A stretch of 64,000 nt of DNA from Psilocybe cubensis (taxonomy: Eukaryota), in NCBI GenBank assembly GCA_017499595.2, contig CM039007.1, positions 930,001 to 994,000 of the forward strand, read 5' to 3'. The position numbers and the translations under genes were made by a program. This document shows, piece by piece, positions 1 through 13,642 of this stretch. Numbering within the stretch: the first letter of the stretch is position 1; each line of letters begins with the position of its first letter. Below the pieces are notes generated by a model that was not told where the DNA came from, searched no databases, and worked only from the letters and a program-made list of their open reading frames with translations.

Positions 1-396
1 GAAACGCTGTGAGACGTCGCAATACTCATGGTCCCATAGGCGTCAAATCAAATGCCCATCACAGAGGAAGTCAAACTGGATTTTTGAATGATGAGTCTAT
101 TCTTGTAAATGAATCAACTGCTATAGGGACAAGAGCACAGACGTACCATTAAGAGCCGTTAAACCCATAAACTCAGTTTCATGCCTGCTAGTAGACGACT
201 TCGTTAAAAGGCGAGTCGAGTCGGGCCCAAGATAATGCAAGAGATGGAGGCGGAAGGCAAGTTCGGACTTTGTCGGCGTGTGTATTTCATTAAGGTCGCT
301 CTGGTGCTTGTATTTGTTTGGTTCCGAGGGCAATACATGTTCCAAGTGAAGTCGTTCTGTTTTCTTTGTTTTTCACTTTCTTGACTATCGCTACAC

Positions 397-3300
397 ATGA
401 CTTCTAAAGCTAGATTGAAGTCGTTGGCCGACGACGTCGAGGACGCTGAGGTTGCATCTCTATTGGAAGCGCAACACAGCTCAGGCGACAATGGCCAATG
501 GTCAAAGGACAAGTCTGGCGACCTCGATTGGAGTTATACGGCTCGAACCGTTCGTACATTGAGCCATGACCAGTTGCTCAACGAACTTTGGGAGAAAGGA
601 TTTTCAATCCCCCCAAGGGAATACAATCCTTCAGCGCCATTTGTCTACGTCAAAATGTTTAATGGCGAAGTCGTCACCCTTCCACACGGTTACCGCCTGC
701 CTCTTATGTTCGTCGCAAGATATTATTGGGGAATCGCTCTGAGCAAGCTTAACGACGTAAATCTATGGAAGAAGGAGCGGGCAAATGTGTACCACCTCTC
801 GCGTTTATGCGAAAATTTGTTCCAACGAGCACGCGCCAAGGCTTTTGCTGGTGGCATGGAGAAGGGGTGGCGATGTGTTATGTTCGATCGATTGTTGGCG
901 AGATTTTATAAATCATGGTATCGCAATGACCCTCCAGCCGGGAAGGAGTTTGAGCAAAAATTCAGTGTAAAGGAATACGATAGGGACGTTCTCAAGCATG
1001 GTGCGTGTAATCTGCCATTCAACCAATTTCCCACTCATATCAATGTTGCTCAGACTGGAAAAGATGGTGCACAAGAGGTCTCAATGGCGTCAGAATGAAG
1101 GAGCAAGAAGTCTCCGATGGTATCACAATTGCTGAGTTCCGGGCAGGCTTAGAAAGACTGGGAGATGGAGAGTGGTCTCTTTTTGGCGAACGTCTAACTT
1201 GGATTGGCGATGATGAGGATTTATCATGGAGCTCTGAGTCAGAGCTTACAGAATTTGAGATGGACGATGAAGCCGAACAGGGGGCACAAGAAGAAGAGGA
1301 AGAGGAAGAAAATGCGGACAGCGATCTCGATGCTGAAGGCGATGAAGTAGGGGACGATGACGACGATCCTACAACTCACCAATCAGGGCATACTGATTTA
1401 GAGGATGCCCCATCGAAAAGGGTTCGAGACCTCCCTATCGACGAAGACGAAAATGAGCGTGCTACGAAACGCGCTCGAATCGAGATGATCAGTGATACCT
1501 CACATCGTCGCCACAAGGTCAACAATATCGTCGCCCTGACCCGTACGCTGGCGGCCATGGAAAAGAATCCTATATGGGCCAGAAATAATTTTTCAGGAGC
1601 TTCAGGATCTGGGAATGGGAATGAATCTCAGGAACCTAGACAATCAATCGGCCCCACACCACCTGCAAATCCTTTAGATCCAGAGGCTGAGGAGACCATT
1701 GTCTCACGCCCGCGGCCTGTATCTCAACCGCCCATAGGTTCTGGTGTAGATTCTTCGTCTGTGACAAACAATGGCACTCTCGCCAATAGGGGAGAGCGTC
1801 CGAGTAGCCCAAATTCAATGCCTCTGCAAACTTCAGTTCCTCGCCGTTTCTCCTCCGTCACCCTTAGTCAATTAAGGAGCCCTTCTGCCAATGTATCCTC
1901 GAGCAAGCTGTCTTCCGCTTCCAACCCCTCCACAAATAAACCCCGTCGATCTGGGAAAAAGGCTCCACATCCATCGCTTCTTCATCCATCCGGTTCGAAA
2001 CCCCGTCAAACTCGCGCTTCACAGATTGCTGGTGTGGCCACCGTGAATGTCTATGTTAGTGACGGAAAGCCTCGGGGTGGTGCGGTAGCTCACGCTGCCG
2101 CGCGTGCTGCGAGGAAGGCTGCCGAGCAGAGCCGGGCTTCGTCAGTTTCTTCATCTTCGTCTTCATCAGGCTCATCTCGGTCACCTTCACCAACTCCATC
2201 CGCGTCACAATCTAACCTGCCTTTCCGCTCACCGGCTCCTCAGCAATCGACATTAACCCATACGGGACCCACCTCTACTGAACAGGCGGACACTGAAAAC
2301 ACGCTGCATGCGCAAACGGGTAAATGGGCAGCGATTGCACCCCCGCCTCCGCCACCTGGACGATCTGCAGCGGCCAGGAACAAGCGTGCTGCTCAGGCTT
2401 CTGTAGGAGCCGAATCCCATCGTCCAGAAAACTCGCGGGAATTTATCACTAGCGAAGCTTTGAAACTCTTGGTGAACCTGGTCACCTCTAGCCGGAACGA
2501 GGGTGAGAAGTTGATTAATGCCGGTAGTGCATCCTCCTCTTCCACCGCTGTGCCGTCGATAGGTACTGCCCCTGCCTCTGGTTCTGCGATTGACCAACAG
2601 GCGTTGGAAGGTCGATTCCAGCATTTCGAGGGGCGTTTCTTATCCGTGAAAGAAGAACTTGTTGGGATTGTTGATAGGTTGCAAGCTTTGGAGAAAGAGG
2701 CACGGGAACAGAGGGAAGCACGGAAGGCGTTAAGTGATAAGGAGTTTTGCGATCGAAATATAGGGTGTGCTCCTGAGGGGACATCTCAGAGCACGCAGAC
2801 GGAGCGTAATTCTGTCGACAAGAATCAAGGTGGAGATGAGGATGTAGAGATGATGAGTGTAGAGAAGGAGAGTGGCGAAAAAGAGAGGAGTATGGATCTA
2901 CGTCGGGGTGTGCAATCCGTTCCACGGGCAATGGGCGAAATTGCAATCCAGACTGACCAGGTGGAGGACGACTCAGCGGCTAAATCGCACGCCTCTTCTT
3001 CCAGCCAGTCGGGCACTCAGCGGGACACCGACATTGGTTCTGGTGCGAATCGGAATGGGCCTGACACTCACTCCTCAGGTCATTGCGGGGGTTCCGAGAC
3101 GGATACCGATTCTACGCTCAATGCTGCAAAGGACGAGACCATCGATCCATGTGCGGCTGAGATGTCATCGAACCTATCTCTTTTGGTGAACAACCTCGTG
3201 TCTGTTAAGATGCTGTCGCTCGTCGGGGACATGGTTAAAGGAAAGTCTAAGGACACCTCAGCTGCTGACCCAGACATATCTATCCGGTCGATGTCCCCTG

Positions 3301-3878
3301 CAATCCCATCATCGGACTCGTTCGCCATCAACAATATCATGGACGAGGTCAAGGCTTTAAAAGACGAGGCCCGCGCAAGGGAGCAGAGGGACAAAGAGGA
3401 AATGATGGCATTGCGACAACTACACTCCGCCGAAGTGGATGCACTTAGGAGACGACTGTCCTACCTTGAATCACAGAGCCGATATCTAGATTCAGACCGC
3501 TATCGTTCTTCGTCTCGCCACGAAGAATACCATATTTCAGCCCCTGTCGGCAATGATCACCATTACCATAACGAGGGAGGACGACACAGCCGAAGCCGAC
3601 AACCCGCATTCCACAGCGCCAGTGCTCGCGTTCACCGCTCGCCAGTGGTCGGGGATGGTGATCAACCACAGTCGCAGTCGCATACACCTGTGCCAGATAG
3701 GGACAGGAATGGCACCGGGCCCTCCTCGAGCTCCAGTTCGAATCCCATGCCGACCCCATTGAATTCCGAGCGTAGTTTCTCGTTTACACGACCGGGTACT
3801 GATCGCGAGGACGATATTCCTTTACCCATCAAGTCCCAGCGGAAACATATGTTTGCCACTCGTGCAACGTTTGGCTGA
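397..3878 (+). CDS. Large hypothetical protein (~1140 aa): globular N-terminus, acidic stretch, Ser/Pro-rich disordered middle, two coiled-coil-like segments
   Basis: ORFs 397..1098 and 1095..3878 join in frame across a GT-AG intron 1001..1053 (gtgcgt...ctcag), giving ...VLKH-DWKRWCTRGLNGVRMKEQ. No family recognised. Confidence 0.85.
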
Positions 3879-4560
3879 TTTGATTTGACCTGTTTTTTCA
3901 GGATATTAAACACTTCTGCGCCGTTTACGCATACTATTAGTAATTATTCTCTATTTCTCGTTGTGACTTTCCCATCTCGCACGCTTTCCCTATCGTTTTA
4001 TCATATGCGTTGTAAAATTCACTCTTAACCCACTTTTGTGATAATGAAGCCTTGATGTCAATCCGACGCTCACTCCATGCTTTCTTCAGCTTATACATCC
4101 TTTCCTATTTGTCGAGACGTGTATGGTCACTTGTCATCTAAACTTGCAAGCTCCCGTAGTCAGTGTCTCATCTGTATTCTCTAGCTGCTATTCTGTCTTC
4201 AACCAGTGTACTCGTCCTTAACTTTACCTTTGAACAAAATTTAGGCACTGTCTTAACCCCGGATAATCGAATTAAAGCCACAAGAATGGGAAGACAGGCA
4301 TTCGTAAATCAACTTCAAGTTTCAAATCACCGCATTGCCAGCTCCTGGCACCCCCGTTGCATAACCTTTGTTTGACTACTACAGCTGTTGATGGACATCA
4401 CTTGGGCATCCGACACCGTAATCTAAACAATCTCAAACGCCGGAGGAAACGGTCCATAGAATCAGCCTATTAATCATCACTGATCAGCAGTCGGGCTTCT
4501 TTATCACGACGAGGATCATCTACAACCTTCGGTCTTTTCTTGAACTCAGGACATCCCTCT

Positions 4561-5738
4561 ATGGGCAGTATTAATTCAACCACTCCTCAGGATCAGCAAA
4601 TTGGTCTGGCTGTTTTGAATGCATACATCTCAGGAATCAAATCACAGCTCTACGTATTGATGATTTGTGCGGTCTGGCTAGGTGTTTCTCTGCCACTGAT
4701 GGTGATCCTGTTCTACACGTCGTCCAAATCGCTACGCCGATCAGGTATCTTCATTAGCAACTTGGTGGGAATCTGCTTGAGCGTCACAATGGGTCTCTTG
4801 TATCTCTCAATCCAGGCAAGTTTCGTTCACCTGTACAAGACCAAGAACGTGAATTATATATTTTCCATTTCGAAATTTTTGACGACAGATGACGGCCATT
4901 TTAAAGCCTTTTGATCTGCTTAACCGCGCAGAAGTGCTGGCCTATACATTTATTGCAGCATCGCTCGGCATCTACGTCGATTGTATCCTATTCTTTCGTG
5001 TGTTGGTCGTTTATCCTCGCCATGCGACACCCGAACGTTTGTGGAGCTGTATCATTACCCTCCTAGTCACTGTCAAAATTGCTCGGCTCATCAATTTTTG
5101 TATCCTCTTTACCCATATTTTTCAAGGAAGCAAAGCAATATCCAGCAATGCGGATTACATTCCAATGGTCAAAAGCTTGCCGGGAGAAATTATTGAATGG
5201 TCTCTCCAGCTAGTAGATAACGCGTATGATACCTCTTCCAGACTGAAAATCGTTTCATTAACTTAACTTTTACATCTTTTTAGACTTTGTTCTGCCCTTT
5301 TTCTGTGGAAAATCAACGAAGGGAGTGTGTATTCCCTACAGCTTTTTCGTGGAAGATTCAAAAGTAAGAGATGCCCATTGCCTATCGCATACTTCCCGTT
5401 ACTCGCATCATTCTGATACTGGACGTAATTCAGATAATCAATATCGAAATCCACTTGGCACATTATTCTGGATTGCCACCACCAACTTCGTTTTTCCGTG
5501 TCTGTTCGACATTATTGTGATTGTGCTCTTCTTCAAAGATCCACATCCCAGTCATTATTTCATCATGATGATATCCAACGTCAACGTTCAGATAATTGGG
5601 GTACTTTTTGCCACGATTTGGAAGGCAACAAAAAATGGAAGCTGCATCACGGATATCACATTCGAGGCTCCCAAATCGAATATTCGTTTTGCTCACTCGG
5701 AAACAGCGATAAGCAAGGATCAAGCAAGACCTCAATAA
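4561..5738 (+). CDS. Multi-pass (6-7 TM) membrane protein of unknown function, receptor-like topology
   Basis: Four exons splice in frame: introns 4816..4888 (GC-AG, gcaagt donor), 5224..5283 and 5364..5433. Successive hydrophobic helices (LYVLMICAVWLGVSLPLMVILF; LFWIATTNFVFPCLFDIIVIVLF). Confidence 0.8.
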
Positions 5739-6316
5739 GGACCATGGCGTATTTTATTTTGCAAAAAACCTCGTTTATTCTCATATTGTGGTGAACGATA
5801 TGGTTACCTTTGTACAGATAAATCCAATCAATCTACTATGCACTGTAGCTTCAAATCCACTCCCCTAAAATTGTCCTGACTATCTTCCATAATTGGGGTG
5901 TATGCCTGAGCGCTTCTTGTGTTGAAGCGTAGTCAAAACCATGGCCACCTGCTCTTGTACCTGCATGTGGTACACTTGACATCCGATTTTTCAATAGGTA
6001 GGAGTCAAGAAGTTTAGCTGCGGTTTTGAATCGGGAATTAGCAGGGTGGTGACTTAAATATTAGCAGTGTCGGGAACTCACGTAAGACAAACGGATTGGT
6101 ACGATTCAGTGCTCGTGCATTAAGTGCCTGATAGTCTAGCTTTCTTTCATAGGAGCGGCCGACTATCATCGTAGACGCATAAGGAACTGCATATTTCGGC
6201 GTACATATGGCCTAATTTGTCAAGATTTCTACTGCTGTGTACCTTGGTGTACAAATTGTAATGTGCGTTATTGTCATGTCGTTCAGGTATAAGTTGTACA
6301 ATTAGTGTTAAATAAG

Positions 6317-8233
6317 CTATGTTTTAGCAGACCAAAACTCAATCCCTGCAGAAGTCATAAATAGTAACCATGTCCCAGCAATTAGAAGGGCCGATGTAAC
6401 GAAGAACACCTTCCCTCTCGCCCTCTCGGCAGGAGACACGATCATATCGTGAGAACGCTTTGGGCGTCGTGAATCTAGAGGCTGCAGCTCCTGCGAGACT
6501 TCCAATGAGTTTGGCTCCACGTTGTCGTCCTCAGGTAATGCCTCGTACTGCTCGTACTGGGGAAGCTGCTCCACCAGCAGCTGTTGGCGGAATTGATCGA
6601 ATTTCATCATTGAGAAGACGCCGATCATCTGGATGATATTAAGAGTGAGGAATGCGTTGATCACCTTCTGGATACTGGCCGACGATGTGCGGGACTTGGA
6701 ATCTAAGGCAAGGCCAGCAAGCGTTTGCATGATCGTTGACCCAGAAGACTCGATCTGTGTGTTGATGTGTTAGCTGTTGTGTGTGGTTTCTCAATGAAAG
6801 TTTCCGTGCTCACACTCTTATGGGCACCAAGAGCAGTTGATACATATTGAAGGGGGACCAAATGAGGGACGATGATGACGAGAAGAACTAGAAAGTTACT
6901 TCAGTTATGTGCTGGATGAAGTTACGCAAGTCATGAACTAACGCGGTGAGAAGCCAATTCCAAGTCCGAATGACAGCATAGCAGGAAGAGGCGTACCCGT
7001 GGAAGTTGGAGGGAGTGCAAGCCAGGCATAACACGCCAGTGTAAGGACAGAGGAGAGAAGCAGGAGGCGGTGGACGATAGAGCGCTTTTTTACCCGGTCT
7101 GTTATGTATCCACACTTTCAGAAGTCCCGGGAGGAGTTCAAGTAAGGATATGATTGTTGATTAAGAGAAGGTGATGCTCACGATAGGATATAAGAATGCA
7201 CTTCCCGCCAGTAGAAATGATGATTGCTCGGCTGCCTTGCCCTCAGATAGGCCGTAACGGTGTTCAATAATGTTTCTTGATCGTTATGTCTTCAGTTTTT
7301 ATAACCTTTCTGGGACACGGGCAGCGACACTCACGGAGCAAGATGGGGAAACGGGGTCCAGATGAATCCGCAGAATATGTTGATACCAATATATAGCCAG
7401 AATATATCCCCCATGCTTAGCAGATCTCTGAGTTGTACCTTCCTCTTTGAGGTCACGTCATGCAATGCCTCTTGCTCTGAGAGTCGTCCCGAATTGTCTG
7501 CTTCAGCGCCGATTTCCCCAGCAATCCACTTTTCATACCACAAGTACAATAGGTTAACGGTGAAAGAGAACCCTGCCAAGAATGTTGAGGCAAAGAATGG
7601 TGCGTGTGGGCTCCATTGGGAAAGAGGAAAAGAGACGCGTGCCGATATGAATGATGCACTTTTGCCTGCTACCAGCCCAAGTGCAAGGGATAGCCCTAGC
7701 CCATGATCTTTAAAATAACGTACAATGATGGTTTCTTGCACGACAGCGAGCGGGGAGATTCCCAATCCAAAGATAAACATCCCGAATACCATGGTCTTCA
7801 CGGACCCGGAGAGTTCACCAAGCAACAGAATAAGCTGACCGGTGAGGATGATGGACGTTGCTATAATGCTACTAAGGGAAGTCCCAAGTCTTGCTGCGAA
7901 CAGACCGCCAACTTTGGAAGCAAAAGCTGGTGGTGAGCGGGTAATCTTCTATATAAGCCGCCAACGAACCTAAGGGTGTCCATGTGCTGTTGAGCGCGAA
8001 TGCTGCAATCAATAGCCCAAATTGGCCATTAGTAGTTCCCTTCTCCCTAGAGAGCTGTGATTTCAGAGGACCAAGTGTATTCTGCCCACTGAAAGGAATA
8101 AGAACAGTTAGCTCCATGAAGTCCTTACTGAATCAGTAGACACTTACAAATGACTTCCAATACTCAACGAACACGCACACACCAATGCCAAACCTCTCAG
8201 CAGAGCAACTCTTCTAGAGCTGGGGGAAACCAT
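6317..8233 (-). CDS. Major facilitator superfamily transporter (MFSD1-like)
   Basis: Multi-exon hydrophobic ORFs with MFS-like segments (LACACSLSIGSHF-like start, GPLKSQLSRE, QFGLLIAAFALNSTWTPL, FGLGISPLAVVQETIIVRYF, QTLAGLALD). Start codon and some junctions are approximate. Confidence 0.8.
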
Positions 8234-9593
8234 AGCCTCAACGTGTAGTTAAGCCCTACGGTTCCTCCCTTGATGTATCGGTGGCCAGTGGTACGTTGCC
8301 CCAGACAGCAAAATCTGTCATGAAGGGGCGAAGAAACGAACAGGAGACTAATTTGATCGTGGTCGGAACTTCCGCCCATCCTGTGCTCATGCCGGGGCTC
8401 GAGGCTTCCCGCAACATGCATGCCGTGATAGATTAAACCCTGAAAGGACCAAATGTAAGTAACATGGTGGGAAAGGACTTGAAAAAGGTACTACCTCTAG
8501 CGTAAGTCTGCTGGCTGATCGTGGGAAGGTTTTTATGACCCGATTCCGGCATCTCGCCTTGATGATTGACCAAGATTGGGTATTTCTGCGTACATTGATA
8601 CGTTCCACTCAGGTGAATGGTACTACTAAGATTAGCTGAAGGTAAAACTTAAGAAGACTCTCCAGTATCACAACGACTATATGCAGGCATATTCAGTTAA
8701 AAACCGTCCTCCCACGTCAGTGACTCCACCATACTACCTGTTATCTGTTTTGGTACTTTAGAAGCTGAGGCCCGATCTCTAAGTAGATTAGTTTGACCAA
8801 TAGTGATCTATTCCTATCACCTTTTGACCAGAAGCAATGGGAGTAAACCATTATTTGCATGGCGCAATATTGGAGCATCAGGTCTTTTGCCAAACATAGA
8901 TCCACGTTGAACACGGTATTTTCACCCAATACTTCTAAAAAAACACATTTTCTCCTAATCTAATGCCACCTGTCTCCAGATAGAATATAAATAATCATTG
9001 AATTCTGACAAGTTTGGATCTGCCTGAACTTGAAACAACGTCAAAACCCCTTCGCGGGAGTCCGGTATAGCTAGTATATCCTGCCGAGAAAATCATACTA
9101 CACTGAGTAGCTTCTGTAGAAAAAAGTCTCTGTATGAGGTTGCATCTTTTAAGCCACTTCTCTACCAAATCATCAGTCATCTTGTTGTCAATGTAATATA
9201 TAATTAATTATTGGGAATTGAATCTCTTAAGCGCCCGATCTATAATACTCATATGCAAATGAACGCATTGCATTTGAAGAGCTTCATCCGATCATTTCGT
9301 CGATGGTCTGTGTCAAGATGGTTTTAACCAACCATTGCGGTTGCATGTATCATTTAATCCAGGCTCAGTAAAATTTATTTCGAGACCCAATTCATCCTTT
9401 GACTATTAGTGTTCGATCGTGTATACAAGTTCCACTTTTTCAGGCAGTTATCTGATTTTCTCTGACTGTTGTGATCGTTGATAACGTCGTTTGAGATTGA
9501 CAGGATTTTGTGCTAAAATAGTTCCCGAAGTATTAAAATAGGTTCAGGCTATTCTTACCTGTGCTGCATTGCCTTGCGGAGGGAATAAAACCA

Positions 9594-9600
9594 TATAAAA
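9594..9600 (+). promoter_or_regulatory. Candidate TATA box
   Basis: TATAAAA about 70 nt upstream of the ATG at 9669. Confidence 0.45.
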
Positions 9601-9668
9601 TATACAGTGTAAGGTTGCTCTGTCACCTCAAATCAGACGCCCCGTTATCAAGTTGAGGAGGGTACATT

Positions 9669-10877
9669 ATGGCTCACATTCTGGTCAGCAATTCCACTTC
9701 TGTCAACACAGCGAATCTTCCAGTTCCCGACCAAAAAATAGCGTTCTTAATGGTCACAGCTATGTGCTCTGGCATGAGCATCATTACATGCGGGTTCGTT
9801 ATCATAACGTAGGTTGCTCATATTATCTGTATGGCATTTAAGGTGGCTCATTTCTGTCATTCATTTAGTCAAGGACCATCTCTAAAACTTACGTTTGACC
9901 GTGAGCGACAACGTTTCCTAGCTTTCGTCAGTTTATTGGCGGCTATTTTCGGCCTATTTGGGAATGGATTTCAACTTAGCGACCACCCAAAGTCTGCCGG
10001 GGAGTCAACTGCTTCTTTCTTTTTCAATTGGCTGGTCCAGGTAATAAACTTCCAAAGGTCGTTAAAGCATATTTTAATCTTCTTTATCTAGCTTGGGTTT
10101 GCTGGGATTGCACATAACAGCATCATCAGGCTTCTTACTGCCCGCGCAAAGTCCCCTGCTCCCGAATTGATAAAGCGCACTTCCACGCTATGTTGTATCT
10201 TCTATCTCCTCACTTTGCCGGTGATGGCGCCTACCTTTATATCCCTAATTCATCCTGCGCGCTCATCTGTCAAGGTCGTTGCACGGGATATGAACATTAC
10301 TTACGTCTGCGTCGTCGAAGCTCTGGCAACAGTTGCTGATGTCACCTTGCTGTGGAGATTCACAAATAACAAGGAGCATGGACACGAGACTCGAAAGAAA
10401 ATGATTCAAGACATGTGGATCGTTTACGCCTTTATTTGGTTTACCATCGGTGCTGATATCTTTGCAAAGGCCAGTGAATTTTTTACAACGTATAATTCAT
10501 GCCTTTGATCAGACGTCCGTACGCATGTGCAGATTTTTCGCAATAAGACCGGTGACCTTGTATCGGATCTAGCAATCACGAACTTGACCCTGACGTTGCG
10601 TGCAGTGGCTGCACTAATGTATGGATCGACGCTGAGAAATGCCCAAGAAATATATTCCTACCATTCGGGAGCTTTCGGTCATTCCCTTTCAAGAGCTCTG
10701 CCTACCGGTAATCCCTCAAGGAAGCATGTCATGGATCATTCGCAAACTTTTATTGCTGATGGGTCAGAGAGAAATAGAGGAATCAACATGAATCATATCA
10801 CCATAAGCAAAGAAACACACTCGGATCATGACGGTGAGGTTTTCAACGCCACTGCCAAGGTATATGATGGAGCGTGA
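9669..10877 (+). CDS. Multi-pass (about 7 TM) membrane protein of unknown function
   Basis: ATG 9669; in-frame introns 9809..9868, 10041..10091 and ~10470..10532 link ORFs 9831, 10167 and 10527. About seven hydrophobic segments followed by a polar C-terminal tail. Confidence 0.8.
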
Positions 10878-11274
10878 TGTATGATGTATATAAAACCAGA
10901 ATTACCTATTTCTTATCTTGTATTACAAAGAGTGCTTTAGTAGCAGTATAATCGAGAAAATCAAGAATACTTAAATTTGTTTATAACGACTGGGCGTAGG
11001 CCTTGGCGGAGTCATGAAGAAGTTTTCACTCAAAGCGTAGTGTGTGCCAATGGGTCGTGGGAGATGTCACGAGCGTTGTGGGAGTGCGTCTTCCTGAGTC
11101 GGGGGTAAATCATATTAGATAGTGTGTCCAACACAGTCAGGATGCAATATACAATGTATGATGCTCGGAAACCATGACACGTTGGACTCTCAAAAACGAC
11201 TTCGAGATATATCTTAAACGTTCAATCCCACGACATCCCATGAAGAGTGCTACTAGTACTACTAACGCATAACT

Positions 11275-11792
11275 TTACAAGTTGAGGTTAATGGGAGTGC
11301 ACCCAAGAGAAACAAGTCCGTCTATATCAACTAGGTCAGCACCTGTATTTCAGATAATTGGATATCTGAACTCACTGAAGCTGTTGTCGGTGCAGCAGAC
11401 AGGCTGAGTATTGCTGAGAAATGAATGATAATGAATTAGATACAATATTAACACATGAATTAAAAACCAAGATTACCAGGAGTTTCCAACAACACCAACA
11501 ACGGAGATGGGGCTGCAGTTGATGCCAACAAGGGCCGTAACATCACCGAGGACAATTCCGAGAGGGCCCAGGAGGGAAGTGGCACCACTACTATTAGCAG
11601 CTTGAACGCTGTTGCCTGCATTCATTGCGAGAGATTTTAATGGGGTACACAATTAAAAGACCCTGAATACGTACAGCATTGTAGCTCTCCTGTATTGCAT
11701 TGACCGGTAGGTTCGTTTCTGGGAACCGGGTTGGCAGCTGCAAGGCTGGCCAACGACAGAGCAGAGATGATGACTCGGACGTTGATTTGCAT
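11275..11792 (-). CDS. Class I hydrophobin
   Basis: Signal peptide [20 protein letters not shown]; spliced product has the 8-Cys pattern CNTGELQCC...[43 protein letters not shown]; three short introns. Confidence 0.95.
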
Positions 11793-11871
11793 GATGAGTA
11801 TTATGCTTAAACGCTGTAAAGTGCTCAATGCAAGGAGTTTGAGTGAAGAAAAGTCGCTTCAAATGCCAACC

Positions 11872-11878
11872 TTTTATA
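11872..11878 (-). promoter_or_regulatory. Candidate TATA box of hydrophobin gene
   Basis: TATAAAA on the minus strand, 80 nt upstream of the hydrophobin ATG. Confidence 0.55.
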
Positions 11879-13642
11879 CGGTTTCTGAGGTCACTCACGT
11901 AGGAAGATTCGATGGACGGGATACGACCGACCACATCGCCATCAAAATCTTATACAACATGCACGCATCGTATAGTGCATTGAAGAAGGTGGGGCGTCAG
12001 TCAATGAAAGTGGAGTTCGGGTGATCGAAAAACGGCAAAAATTGGACCTGTCGGGTAAAGAGCCAAAATTTATATCTCAGATCAGGCGGCTGCACTCATG
12101 AAAGAGTATCGTAGCTCATTGAGGGGGGAACCTCTCCAAATTAAAATGTCCATGATTATCATGGCTGTTAGGCAATAGTCATCACCGTTTGATAAAACAC
12201 CATTAGACAACATACGCTGGCTGTATGGTCTTAATTCCCAAGGCAATCTTGACCTCAGCTAAAATTTTTTTGTCCCAGGTCTGTCGATAATGAAATCATG
12301 TTCAATGATGGTGTTCATATCTATGACGCACCATGGTTGCACACAACAAACTGGCACTGGAAGCGGCTATAACGAGGGATATTATTTCCCAGTACAATGC
12401 GTCAGGTTATCGATTCGTCGTTATAAAAACAAGTTCCGTCATGCATTCGACCATTATTTAGGATGCGGGGTTGCCTGATTTAAATGAAATACCTCATAAT
12501 TACTGGATAGGCATCCACAAATCTCTATACGTCCATATTACTTGTACTAGCCTTTTCGGTACTGAGAGATTATGCATGAAGAGCGGTGATTGGAAGGAGA
12601 TGACCTACTAGAAGCACTTTGTAAGAGGGGGATGAACACTACTATAGCAAGTGCAGCGGTGGCAAATATGAAGCGAATACTTGTTACCTTCCTCATTCCT
12701 CAAGGCTCACGGCTACATGTTCTTCCTGGTGTGATACAAAGCATGGGCAACTCCAACGTCTTCATTGACGGCCGAGCCTCATCGACATAGAGTTTAATCA
12801 ATCACCCATGCCTAATAGTCAGTTAAAAACGAGGATGGACCTATTTTTGTCACATTTATTTTTAGACAACTAACCTCAGTCGCTGGTTACAAGTATCTGT
12901 CTAGATTTTGAGATATTATCAATTCAGGTTTAAAGAGACATAAAGTCGAACTAGTGATTTTTGCTTCATCATATGTCGGTGTGTTGGGTTTCTTCATCAC
13001 GAAGGATGTGTTTTAAGCGGAGCGGACATCTCTCGCTACCGCGGCGACTGGGTCGAAAGTCCACTAACACTTACCTTCGTTAACTATGATGTATAAAATT
13101 TTCATGATAAGCTATCGTTTGATCATGCAAGATGACGGAAGGATTGTGTTGATAATGCGGGTCGATGGTAAGAAGCGAATTACGGGTTGTTAAGCTTTAA
13201 GTCCCGTTGAAAAGAAACATTCGCCTTGCCATCTATTAATTTAAAGGATAATACTATTAATCAATCAAGCCCAAGTAGCTTGTTTTCATATCCAATAGAG
13301 GGAGAGTTACATGCACATGGTACGAACGGGGTGGCCACCCGTCTACCATTGTAAGGTAGAAGATATCAGCCTGCATAATAGATATGGAATCGTTGTACTT
13401 TTTACCAAATCGCTTGCCGAGAACCAAAGACCGTGGAAGAACATCGATAAAATAGAAGTGCCGCAATTAATGTAATCTGCAAAAAATACACCTTAAATAA
13501 ATAAAAGTCTATGATCATGCGATATCAGAAATGCAGCAACAACCTGCTGCCACGAGGAGAGCGACCAGGGTAAGTCCTCATGGAGCTTTGACAGACTCAA
13601 AAATGATGTTATATGGATGCCCAAAAACCATCCAGTGCAGTT

